From Octopus bimaculoides (Eukaryota): a stretch of 64,000 nucleotides of DNA. The notes beneath the pieces are model-generated. The model was not told where the DNA came from, searched no databases, and worked only from the letters and a program-made list of their open reading frames with translations. The DNA is taken from positions 98,067,333 to 98,131,332 of the forward strand of contig NC_068981.1 in NCBI RefSeq assembly GCF_001194135.2, in the 5' to 3' direction. Below, piece by piece: positions 25,330 to 36,800 of this stretch. How positions within the stretch are numbered: the stretch's first letter is position 1; the number at the start of each line of letters is the position of its first letter. A program made the translations under genes and the position numbers.

Positions 25330-26015
25330 TTAACCCTTTAGTGTTCATATTACTCTATCAAATGTAGTGCTTATTTATTCACATGATTTTGAATAAATTA
25401 TGCATTATCTTTTTTTTTTTCTTTTCATCTTGTATCTGTTTCAGTCATTAGACTGCAGCCATGTTGGGGCACTACACTGAAAAACATTTTAGCTGAATGA
25501 ATTTTCCCTAGTACTTACTCTTTTCTTTAAGCTTGGTGCTTAGCGGTCTCTTTTTGCCAAACTGCTAAGTCACAAGGACATAAACAAACCAACACCAGTC
25601 GTTGAACAGTGGTGGGGGACAAACACAAAGACACACACACGCAAGCACATACATATACACAATGGGCTTCTTTCAGTTTCTAACTACCAAATCTACTCAC
25701 AAGGCTTTGATTACTGCAGAAAACACTTGCCCAAGGTGTCACACAATGGAACTGAACCCAGAACCATGTGAAAGAAAGAAAAGAAGAAAAAGGTGGGGTA
25801 AATCAGCAGAAGATGAAGGGAGAAGGGGCGATGGGCTACATACCCCAAAACAAATGTGTTCAGCTGCACCTCACGATAAGATTTAAGATTTTGATGATGT
25901 GATTGTTTATTTTTAGAAAGACATTGCAGGGTAGGTGTGACATGCGAGATCTGGCCAGTTTGGCTATAAAGTATGTAGGATATTTGGGCCAGATATGACT
26001 GGTTTAAATGCTAAT
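25330..26015 (+). mobile_element. Nested locus: MITE family A containing a main-family SINE (25425-25770, minus) and a 110-bp inverted fragment
   Basis: MITE 5' half starts ttaaccctttagtg; its 3' half resumes at ~25880 and ends taaatgctaa. Confidence 0.75.
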
Positions 26016-27894
26016 GAATATAAAATCTACTATTATTAATTTAAGCTCCATTTTCTATATAAATGTATTTACTTGCTCAAAAATGAATTTTAAATCACTA
26101 TACAAGCTGTAATTTGAAATTTAAAAACAAACCCAAAAAAATGTAAACTGAACAAGAAGAATATTCCTGAACTTAGAGAAGCATATATTGTAGTTATAGT
26201 TTTAAAAAATACTAATGCTACCCATAAGGAATTTCAGAAAACATATCTACAAAATATAGGTTACATTGCACAAGAATACGGAAAAGAACAAATGTGACAC
26301 CAGCAATAATTAACTCCCATTTTAGCTTTAAATGACAGAAAGAAAAAAAAAGAAAAAAAAAAAAAGAGAGATCAAATCTAATAATATGGCAACACTATAG
26401 AAATTTTCATTACTTGGAACTGCTTAAGAAGACCTTTCATCTCTTGCAACTTGATAAGAAGGAACTTCGCTAATTTTCATTTAATACTGATAAGTAAAAT
26501 TTGTGAACTTGCTATATGAAAAAGATACAATAGATAGTTTTATAATTATTATCAACATAGTAGACATAGTGGTGCTAGAAGTATATTCTCTGTGAACTAA
26601 ATCAATGGCTAGCCTTTCAATTCTTCGTTGGAATATTACATGTATCACTAATGACATAGCTGAAAAAGCATAAAAATTACAAATTCTTATATCAATTCTA
26701 TCAACCTGAGGCATAAAGCCTATGAAAGAAATTATTATTGATCATGATCATCAATAGAAAGTTTGCACATGATATGGATGAACAATATCTGCATCTTAAT
26801 AGCATATCATGTGTGCAATCAAACCTTCCAAACTCAAGTTTACATCATCACAGATCTTCCCTGATTTCCTGATTTACTCTCTGTTATTCCACATGCTCTC
26901 AAGTATCATCATCTTAAATCACAACTCACACATTCACTCTTACACGATAAGCTAGACAATGAAACAAAATAGATGATACCATCAATCCCAACACTAGTGA
27001 AAGTTATCCCTCACACACACCACATACTCTTTTCTTTAAGCTTGGTGCTTAGCGGTCTCTTTTTGCCAAACTGCACGCACGCACACACACACACACGTAT
27101 ATGTTCTGGGTCTGACATTATATTGCATTTGGTTGTGGGGAGCATGGAGTCACCTCTTAATTACCATTACATCCAGATATGTTCTGACGCTGAATGGTAG
27201 TACTTGTCAGGGTCCCATCTATGGGTTAAACAGATATACCAGGAATAGAAAAGGTTCCTGTTATTTTTGACAAAGCCAGGGAAAAGACAACTCTTCTAGA
27301 AGAAAGAAACTCTAACATAAAACTTGAAGTCAAAAACATTACCAATCATCCTGCCATGCTTCTCACTGAAATCTACTATGATGACCAAGAGAGTGGCAAA
27401 AATATTGTACAAGCTTTTGTCACTTAAATCCAATGATATGCAGGTGTTTCACTATCATTTCATTTCTTGATTTGATTTGTATTTTATAAAGTTCTATGGT
27501 AATGGATATCCACACACATGCAAGGATGAAAGTAAAGCAGAGTAAACAGGCTGAAAGTGAGACAGCTATCATCTAATAAGTCTTTTACTTCATCAACTCC
27601 AGGCAGTATGAAAGGCAAAGTTGAGTGCAGTGAGATTTGAACCTAGAATGTAAACAGCCAGAACATCCAGCCTTCAATAAGTCTATACACAGACATACAC
27701 ACACATATATATGTATGTGGAGTTGATAAAGTAAAAGACTAGTCAGATGATAGCTGTCTCACTTTCAGTCTGATTATTCACATTTACTATCATCCATTGC
27801 CATAGATCTTTATAAAATACAAATCAGATCAAGAAATGTGTGTGTGTGTGTGTGTGTGAGGGGGACAGAGAGAGAGAGAGAGAGGGGGGGGGTG

Positions 27895-28047
27895 TTTGGC
27901 ATTTGGATGGGGCATCCAGCTGTAAAAACCATGTCAAAACAGACACAGAAGCCTGGTGTAGTCTTCTGTCTGGTTGGTTCCTGTCAAGCTGTCCAAACTA
28001 TGCCAGCATGGAAGGCAGATGTTTGATGATGATGATGATGATGATGA
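27895..28047 (+). mobile_element. SINE 3' part with (GAT)n tail
   Basis: ggggcatccagctgtaaaaacc...ccagcatggaaggcagatgtttgatgatgatg. Confidence 0.75.
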
Positions 28048-28070
28048 CATATATATATATATATATATAT

Positions 28071-29308
28071 TGATGCAACGACCGAAAATACAATTAGCAT
28101 TATATCCCTATTTCCCGGGTTGGGTTTTGAACCCGTACTCTGGTCAGTTGGGGAGAATGGTATTTCCTTTGTCTTGTCGGCAACCACAGCTATTTTTAGC
28201 GTAGCTGCCCCTTTCCGGTCAGCGAAAGTTCAAAAACGGCAGGATGACCCATCTTGGCAGGGGGTAAAGTAGCACAATGAGCTATGGTATTTGGGATGAA
28301 TAGGAGAATGAGAANNNNNNNNNNNNNNNNNNNNNNNNNNNNNNNNNNNNNNNNNNNNNNNNNNNNNNNNNNNNNNNNNNNNNNNNNNNNNNNNNNNNNN
28401 NNNNNNNNNNNNNNNNNNNNNNNNNNNNNNNNNNNNNNNNNNNNNNNNNNNNNNNNNNNNNNNNNNNNNNNNNNNNNNNNNNNNNNNNNNNNNNNNNNNN
28501 NNNNNNNNNNNNNNNNNNNNNNNNNNNNNNNNNNNNNNNNNNNNNNNNNNNNNNNNNNNNNNNNNNNNNNNNNNNNNNNNNNNNNNNNNNNNNNNNNNNN
28601 NNNNNNNNNNNNNNNNNNNNNNNNNNNNNNNNNNNNNNNNNNNNNNNNNNNNNNNNNNNNNNNNNNNNNNNNNNNNNNNNNNNNNNNNNNNNNNNNNNNN
28701 NNNNNNNNNNNNNNNNNNNNNNNNNNNNNNNNNNNNNNNNNNNNNNNNNNNNNNNNNNNNNNNNNNNNNNNNNNNNNNNNNNNNNNNNNNNNNNNNNNNN
28801 NNNNNNNNNNNNNNNNNNNNNNNNNNNNNNNNNNNNNNNNNNNNNNNNNNNNNNNNNNNNNNNNNNNNNNNNNNNNNNNNNNNNNNNNNNNNNNNNNNNN
28901 NNNNNNNNNNNNNNNNNNNNNNNNNNNNNNNNNNNNNNNNNNNNNNNNNNNNNNNNNNNNNNNNNNNNNNNNNNNNNNNNNNNNNNNNNNNNNNNNNNNN
29001 NACTGTCATGCCATGTATTGGAATTGTTATTATGTAATGCTCTATTCTAATGTTTTAAATGTATTCTGTGATGTTATGTATGTAAAAAGAAAAGGTTACC
29101 CAACGCATGGTCTTTGTGTTGTTTCTTCCTCCCTGTCCTATTTGCCTGTGTTGTTCTTCGTTACGTGCTCCAGCCGGGGCTTTATTATCGCGGTCAGGTG
29201 ACCGACAGACGAATTTGCTAGCTCACTGAGCGTTTGAACGTTCGCGCGTGCGCAGGTCCCCCCCCCTTCGGTGTTAAGGAGGTGCTTCGCGTGCGGGCGT
29301 TCGTAACA
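28071..29308. mobile_element. CpG-rich LTR-like insertion spanning a gap
   Basis: Termini TG(ATGC) and (GTAA)CA sit in a (TA)n run. The right part read on the minus strand is TGTTACG...AATAAA...CATAACA (29308-29072). CpG is far more frequent here than in the flanks. Confidence 0.45.
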
Positions 29309-31789
29309 ATATATATATATGAGAGAGAGAGAGAGAGACCAGGCTTGGGCATCCTTTTTTAAGAAGTGGGTCACATGAGACAAGGTTCATCATGAAGTAG
29401 ATTGTACTTCTAAAATATTCCAGTTAATTTTTCATAGGCATTCCATTCAGAAAGCACACAGTCCTCAGTGTACAATTGACTGATATAGGTGTGTGTGTGG
29501 GTTTGAGAGATGAACACTGAAACTCATTGCATGTATGTGTCTTTGTTTACACGGCACTCTGATAAGTTCTGATCTACAAGTAGTGGTGGTGGTAGTGGTG
29601 TCACTTCTGTCAACAAATTATCTGCTCACTTCATGCTTTTAAGGACATGTGAAATAAGAGATCCCTTACTTGTAAAACAGGTAAAGCTTAGTGACAGGAA
29701 TGGCATACAACTGTAACAATATCTGAACAATGTATTTGTCTAACCCATGCCAGGATGTAAAAGCAAAGAATACACGTGTGTGTAAGTATGTTTGTGGCTG
29801 GGACATATGTAAGTCCTGTTGTGTGTGTGTATTTTAGTTAATCACATTAACTCCAGAACTTATTCAGTCTTATACTTATTTTACCCAGCTTTATTCATTG
29901 AAAGGCTGGTTGTCTACTCTCTGTGTGTGTACTTGTTTGTATGCATGTATGCATGCATAACTGTGCATTATGTAATAAAATGGGCAATTCTTTGGAGGGG
30001 CTCAAGAGTCATATAAGGGCCTCACATTGCATTATCAATGAATCATTTTAATGATTCTTTCTAGCAATGGCTTTGCTCATATACGAGAAAGCAGTATGTA
30101 TGTATGGATAGATGGATGGATGGATGGATGCATGCATGCTTGCTTGCATAATGATATACAAATATTTAAATATTTTATAGCTGTTAGGGCACTTTGTAAA
30201 GGTTTTTGGTAATATAATATATTTATGCATGAGTATGAGATATCCATGGAGTATGCAAAGATATCCACACAGTTCTCTTTTTTATTATGTTTCTTACAAA
30301 CAAAAAAATTTGATTTATGTTCTTGGTTGTCTTTCACAAGAAGTTTCCACATATATCTGTTAACATGATGTTACAGATGTTGATCTGTGGTGATAGAAAG
30401 ATAGAGCTGTGAATTTTAAAGATGAACACGTGTGTGTGTATGTGCGCGTGTGTATACTTGGCGTGTGTATGTGAATATCGCTATAATGTAGAACATTTCA
30501 GTCTCTTTATTTTCAGCTGCTTTTATATTGTAAAATTAATATCATAGACAAACATATTTTATCAAAATAAGCAATTAAAACAGAAACACATATTCAGGAC
30601 AAAAACACAGGACTTAGTATTTAATCCTTTTCATATCAACCTGCTTGAAACAGTCCTTGGTTCTATGATAGAAACTGTTGTAAAGCGGTTTAAATTAAAA
30701 CCTTCCATCAAACTTTCACACTAAGTTCCAAACATCAGATTAATAATGACAAAATTATTTTACTAAATCCTTCATCATTTTCAAAATTAATCGAAACAGA
30801 AGTAGTTTATTTCAACATTAATGTGATGATAAAAGAGTTAGTTCATTAATACAGGGCTTGTTCTTACTGATACTAACAAGAAAAAAGCATGGAGGAATTA
30901 TTTGGGAGAATAATGAATAAGATAAATAAATGCATGAGAGAGATGGCCTACTCAAGAGGACCCAATAAAGGGACCAGCTATTTAATTTGATTCAAGATTA
31001 AAATAATCTTGGAACAATTTAAAATAGCCTCAAAACAAATTAAACAAGAGCACTCAGAGAGTGCAAACCTCCACCAAGGCAACACCAACATCCTCTCAAC
31101 AATTAGCCAGAGATGATTTTTAAAATGAGAATATCTGAAATAAACTCGACTGCTCTCACAAACGAGAATACTAAAAATGAACCCAACCACTCTCAAAAAT
31201 TAAGTAAAAAAAAAACATGAAAAATAATCCAGAATCCTTATCTGATCAATCCCCAAAATCTAATCAGTTCTTGTCAGTCACGAGGCCAAACATCTCTGAA
31301 AGTTTCATCCAATTATTTTGCTTTGAGCTTAATTGTGTTGCAAAGGTGTAGAAAGTAATACAGGTACAACACTGACTTCTGAGATACAGATGGTCCAGAA
31401 CCTCTTATCATCTGCATTAATTAACAAGTAGGAACTTCAAATTCTCACAGCTGCCAGACTAGTTTACAGGTACCTTGCACAGTACAGTACTAATAAACTT
31501 GTGTCATTTATACTAATATACAGGTATTTGTTTTTCATTTATTATTTAAGTAAACTTAGTGTTTGGTTAATTCAGAGTGTGTAAACCAAGCAATTCATCC
31601 CTGCTTCAGAAAAATTACTAATTTAGAAAGATTTTGAAATCACAGATCCCAGAAAATTGATGTTGTACCTATAGTACATCTTATACATGAATATATGACA
31701 GCCCAGTCCAACTTACACTTTCAGTCATTTTTTGTTATTTGCCCTCTATCCTTATAATAAAAATGACAAAAACCATAATTACATCTTTC

Positions 31790-32175
31790 ATCTTTCACTT
31801 GTTTCAGTCACTGGACAGTGACCATGCTGGGGCACTACCTTGAAGGGTTTAGGCAAACAAATTCACCCCAGTACTTATGTCTTTTTTAAATCCCGATACT
31901 TATTCTATCAGTCCCTTTTGCTGAACCACTATGTTACAAGGACATAAACAAACCAACACCAGTTGTCAAAAAGTGGGAAGGAGACAAAAACAAACACATG
32001 CATGCAGACACACACACATGCTTCTTTCAGTTTCCATGTGCCAAATCCACTTGTAAGGCTTTGGTTGGCCTGAAGCTACAACAGAAAACACTTATCCAAG
32101 GTACCACAGAGTGGGACTGACCCTGAAACTATGTGGTTGGGAAACAAACTTCCTATCATACAGCCACACCCATGT
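31790..32175 (-). mobile_element. Main-family tRNA SINE
   Basis: Full-length diverged reverse copy. Confidence 0.8.
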
Positions 32176-32770
32176 CTACAAGCAAAGAAATGTTTTGAAA
32201 ACTTTTTCCAGTTGGATTATATGTTTTCCAAAAATAAACAGATTTCACTTTCTGCTTTATCTTACTTTAATATATTATTCTGAAACAATAGATCAATGTT
32301 CAGATAATCTTTCAATGCGGACAAAAATTCAAGTTTCACTTCCATTCAAAGATAACATAGTACTTTTTATTCTGGTCAGTAACACACTTTGTTTTATCAA
32401 GTTACAAAATGGAAAATTCTATTAAAAATACTTTCTTCTTTTAAATTCCACAGCCATATTACCATTGATAAAACCTCATCATGATTTAGATTCCCAGAAG
32501 CAATGGTTGGAAGTTCATTTAATTATGCCTCAAGAATTAACTCTTTCACATTCATATTATTCTGTAAAAAGTCATGCTTATTTATTCACATTGTTTTGTA
32601 GCTTGGAGATTTTGATGAAGTAAGTGCTAACTTTTAGAATGAAAAATGTAGGGTTGCTGTGAGAGGCTAGATCTGGCTGATTTGAACATAAAACTCGTAG
32701 AATATTTTGGTCGGATATGGCCTGTTTAAATGCTAAAGGGCTAAGCATGAAGGTAAGAAAGGACACCATA

Positions 32771-32987
32771 CAAGGTGGTGCTGAAAGGTTCCTGGCTTTA
32801 AGGATATTGCAAAAGGCCTGGTTGGAGGCTCAACCTTCTGAGCTCTTTTACAAGGCTTAGAAAAACTAAAGGACTGCTGCAATAAATGTGTGAATCTGAG
32901 AGGGGAATATGTTGAATAAAATCATAATTAACTGATCCTCCTATATTTTCTTTTGCCCAAAGCCAGGAACTTTTCAGCACCTCCTCA
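32771..32987 (+). mobile_element. Mariner-derived MITE with TA TSD
   Basis: TIRs are caaggtggtgctgaaaggttcctggcttt and aaagccaggaacttttcagcacctcctca. Internal LEKLKDCCNKCVNLRGEYVE* is a mariner C-terminus. Confidence 0.9.
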
Positions 32988-33618
32988 TACAACAAACAGA
33001 ATTTTCTAAAGTTGAAGAGAACAACATTACTGATTTGACATTGAAGTAGCTAAACAGGAATGTCTACAAGGACTGGCAAAATGATTTGTTGTTCACAATG
33101 TCCCAAAGTAAATACCACTTGCTTGTGAGTCAGAGTAGGTCAAGAAAAATAAGTACAGTAGAGAAGAAATTGAAGCTAAATGGTTAGGTAGAATTGTGGA
33201 TAATCATGTCATATGAACTAGTGTGGAATACAGCCAGGTGATTTTCTTACCATCAACAAATGACTCAGCAGTCAGACTACCTGAAGTTTCAAAGTACTCT
33301 TGAGATAATGAATACTAATAAGCACATTAGTTTGAGTTTAATGACAAAAACACATTCACTTGAACAGGACACCTGAACTATAGTTTTAGTCCACTAAAGA
33401 AATATAAGAAAGATTTAAACTGAGAGTATACTACATTGTTTTCTCAATATAGCTAGCTTCATAAAAATAAACTTAACACAGAATATAATATTTATATTCT
33501 GAAGTGACAAAAAAAGAAAATGTCTTAGATCAAGGTCTTTCAACAAAGAAGAAAAATTACTGTACCAAAAGGCATTAACTTACTATGAATATTTTGCTCT
33601 GAAGTGAATTATAATGTA

Positions 33619-33663
<45 letters not shown>

Positions 33664-34710
33664 ACATAGTTTCATATATATTTATTTAACTATTGTTTTC
33701 ATATTATTATCACATAATTACATTAAAAACATCAAAACAATGAAATAACAAACAAACTGTAACTAAATAAATAACTCACGCACTCCTTGGAGTTTAATAG
33801 AATAAAATTGGATTTATTAGCAATGCATTAATTGATAATGACAGAAGAAAACAAAAATAAAGGAATGAAGTCAGCTCCATGTTGTTAAAGAATAATTTTT
33901 CTAATCAAAATGACATTGATAAATGATGGAGAATGGAAGGAGTGTGCTGTTTGTTGGTTCTTTGTGTTTAGTTTAGTGTTTTGTTTTGATTTTTCTTTCA
34001 TACTCTGCAAATGACTCAGCTGAATTTTATAGATTCTATTGGAAACATAGTGTTACAACCTGTAGAAACAACACTTCGAAGTAAAGAAAAAAAACCACTG
34101 CATCAGTTTGCCTAAAGAAGAAACATGTACTCAATAAGCAAGACAGCATGTGTAGTTACAAAGATAATATATTATTGCTTTCTGACTTTTTCCATCAGTT
34201 AATGTTATTTTATCACCACCACTGCCACTATTGTCACCCTAAAACAACCATCTGTTAGCAAGTAAGATCATAATTCCAGAAAGTATATGAGTGAAGCTAT
34301 GACTTTGAAAATGGATAAACACTAACTGGTGAAAGAATAAGAAGACGGATGTATGTAATAAGTAATTAAATGAAATTGGTTTTAATACAATGGAGAAGCT
34401 GACAAGAGTAATAGCAGTTTATTATGTACCATGAGGTAGAATGTTTATGCGAAGAGGTTAAACTTTTCAGTATAAATGTTGTTGCTGTCATTACACTGCA
34501 TTCACCCCCTACCCACCCCCACATATGAGGTTTAAAAAGGAGAAGAAAAAACACTCTTCATTTATATGATCAACTATAGGCTGCACTCCCAAATGCCCTG
34601 TTGACAGTAAGAAGGGCATTCATCTTCAAAACAGTTATTCTAACAATGTACAAATTTGAAAATTCCATGCACACTTGCAGAAAACTTCTGAAGAACACAA
34701 CTACACTTCA

Positions 34711-34747
<37 letters not shown>

Positions 34748-34951
34748 ACACACATATATATATTATATAGGTAGTAAGAGTAAATCCCAGTTGCTTCCTG
34801 GGATTATATCATTATTCTTCAATCTGAAGAATTTCTAATAGAAAATCTCTTACATGTTTATCTAACATGAAAAACTTTGTAATTCCTACTAGCAAATAAC
34901 ATATGTAAAGGTGAATAAATAATACCAAAAAAATTCCAATTTCCTGTTTCG

Positions 34952-35065
<114 letters not shown>

Positions 35066-35764
35066 CTGCCATTTAAAAAATTCTTCACAGAAGATTTACC
35101 AACCCGAGGCTATGCTAGTATGCACTAATACAAAGTGCTGTTCAATGACATCTAACCAAGAACCTTGTGGTTGAGAAGTGAATGCCTTAACCATGTAGCC
35201 TTACCTCCTTAATATTATGATTAATTGCAAAAAAAAAAAAAAAAAAAAAAAAGCTTTCACCAATATCTAGATTGCACAAAAAACTTCATTATTTTGTAAC
35301 AAAGCCCAGCCATTCTAACAAATGGTTTACTCTCAAGCCAATGAAGAAACTGCAGTACAAGTGATACCACAACAGTGCACCCCAGTTCACTATTGTGCCA
35401 TGTGATGCAGCTATGTGCACAGTGAAAATAGTAAAGTGATACTTAAAAATTGTGAAAAAGACTAACTGATATTCTAACTATGAAGTCATGATAACTTAAG
35501 TTTACATTACTGAACAAAGAAACAATTATTTAATAATTTTTTGCAGGGGTTTTTTTTTTTTTTTTTAACTTTCACCACAATATGTTACACTGAAATATTA
35601 TTTGTTGTAAATTGGGTCACAAGTTAAAGAAGTTTGGGAACTACTACACTCTGCAGTCACTGAAGTTTTTGATATAGCAAAATAGCAGCCAACTGTTCCA
35701 TCTTGTCATTTTAGATGAGAACAACACATGAGAAAAATTTAGTTCTTGATACACTATCTTCTTT

Positions 35765-36135
35765 TATCTTTAACTTGTTTCACTCGTTGGCCTTTGGCAC
35801 TGCTGGAGCACTACCTAGAAGGGTTTAGTCAAACAAATTGATCCCAACACTTACATTCTTTTTTAAGCTTGGTACTTATTCTATAAGTCTCTTTTGCTGA
35901 ACTGCTAAGTTATAGGAATGTAAACAAACCAACATTAGTGAGAGAGAGAGAGAAAGAGAGAAAGAAAGAGAGAGAGAGAGATGTATGTATATAATGAGCT
36001 TCTTTTAGCTTCCATCTATCAAATCCCCTCACGAGGTTTTGGTCAGACGACAATTGCCTGAGATGCCACACAGTAGGACTGAACTCAAAATCATGTGGTT
36101 GGGAAGCAAACTTCTTACCACACAGTCACAGCTGC
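35765..36135 (-). mobile_element. Main-family tRNA SINE with (GA)n in the variable middle
   Basis: Reverse copy of the consensus. Confidence 0.8.
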
Positions 36136-36500
36136 ACTTATAAGAAAAATATTTGCTCAATGTGGGACTCAACCCCACAACAAATTAATGGCCACAATAT
36201 ATGACTTAATTATATAAAGACTAACTACGGAAAGTAAGCTATGAAATCCTTACATTCTCTCGATTTCTTGTAATTCAGACCACCCCTCAGTCTCAACAGA
36301 CAAAATGGAAAAAGCATTGCCCCAGAGGATGGTGAGAGGGATGCACTGGAATAGCCAATCTGACACATGATGCTCACACCTGCAGATAACCATCTCTGCC
36401 CCAATAACAGTGAGCAAAGGTATGGTCTAGGAGGCCAAGAACATTGGAGGTCTCTACTACCACAGGCTTGACCATAAACTTGTCAGAGAGTGACCAATAC

Positions 36501-36800
36501 ATTATTTACATTTGAGGGATATTTGTCCTCATATGGCGTAGTGATTAAGAGCGCGGGTTACTAACCCCAAGATTCTGAGTTCAATTTGAAGCAGTGACCT
36601 GAATAATAATATAACAATAATAATAACATCATAAAATACCTTAGGAATGAGAACCCAGGTTAGAAATTTCCCCAAGATACCTGATGAAGGCTGGAGGGTA
36701 TGTCAGCCAAAACATTGTGTTAACAACAAATAAGATGAGGACAAATATCTGTCAAATGTAAATAATGTACATAATTCCTCATCCCTTAAATATAGAACTG
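36501..36800 (+). mobile_element. tRNA-headed non-autonomous retroelement with hammerhead-like motif and inverted 5' tail; 13-bp TSD
   Basis: TSD gagtgaccaatac at 36488-36500 and 36801-36813. 36499-36532 is the reverse complement of ~36735-36768. A-box tggcgtagtga at ~36534 and a B-box-like gagttcaatt at ~36577. Confidence 0.85.
36676..36721 (+). ncRNA. Minimal type I hammerhead ribozyme motif, decayed (G12>A, G16.2>A)
   Basis: gatac-CTGATGA-a-ggctg-gagggtatgt-cagcc-AAAA-c-a-t-t-gtgtt. Stem I is gatac/gtgtt, stem II has 5 perfect pairs, and the core matches CUGAUGA...GAAAC-GUH apart from two CpG>CpA changes. Confidence 0.7.

Noticed and set aside
33244-33300. Minus-strand micro-exon EYFETSGSLTAESFVD|gtaag
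   Set aside because: Weak acceptor, phase-1 end incompatible with exon 2, and no recognised homology.
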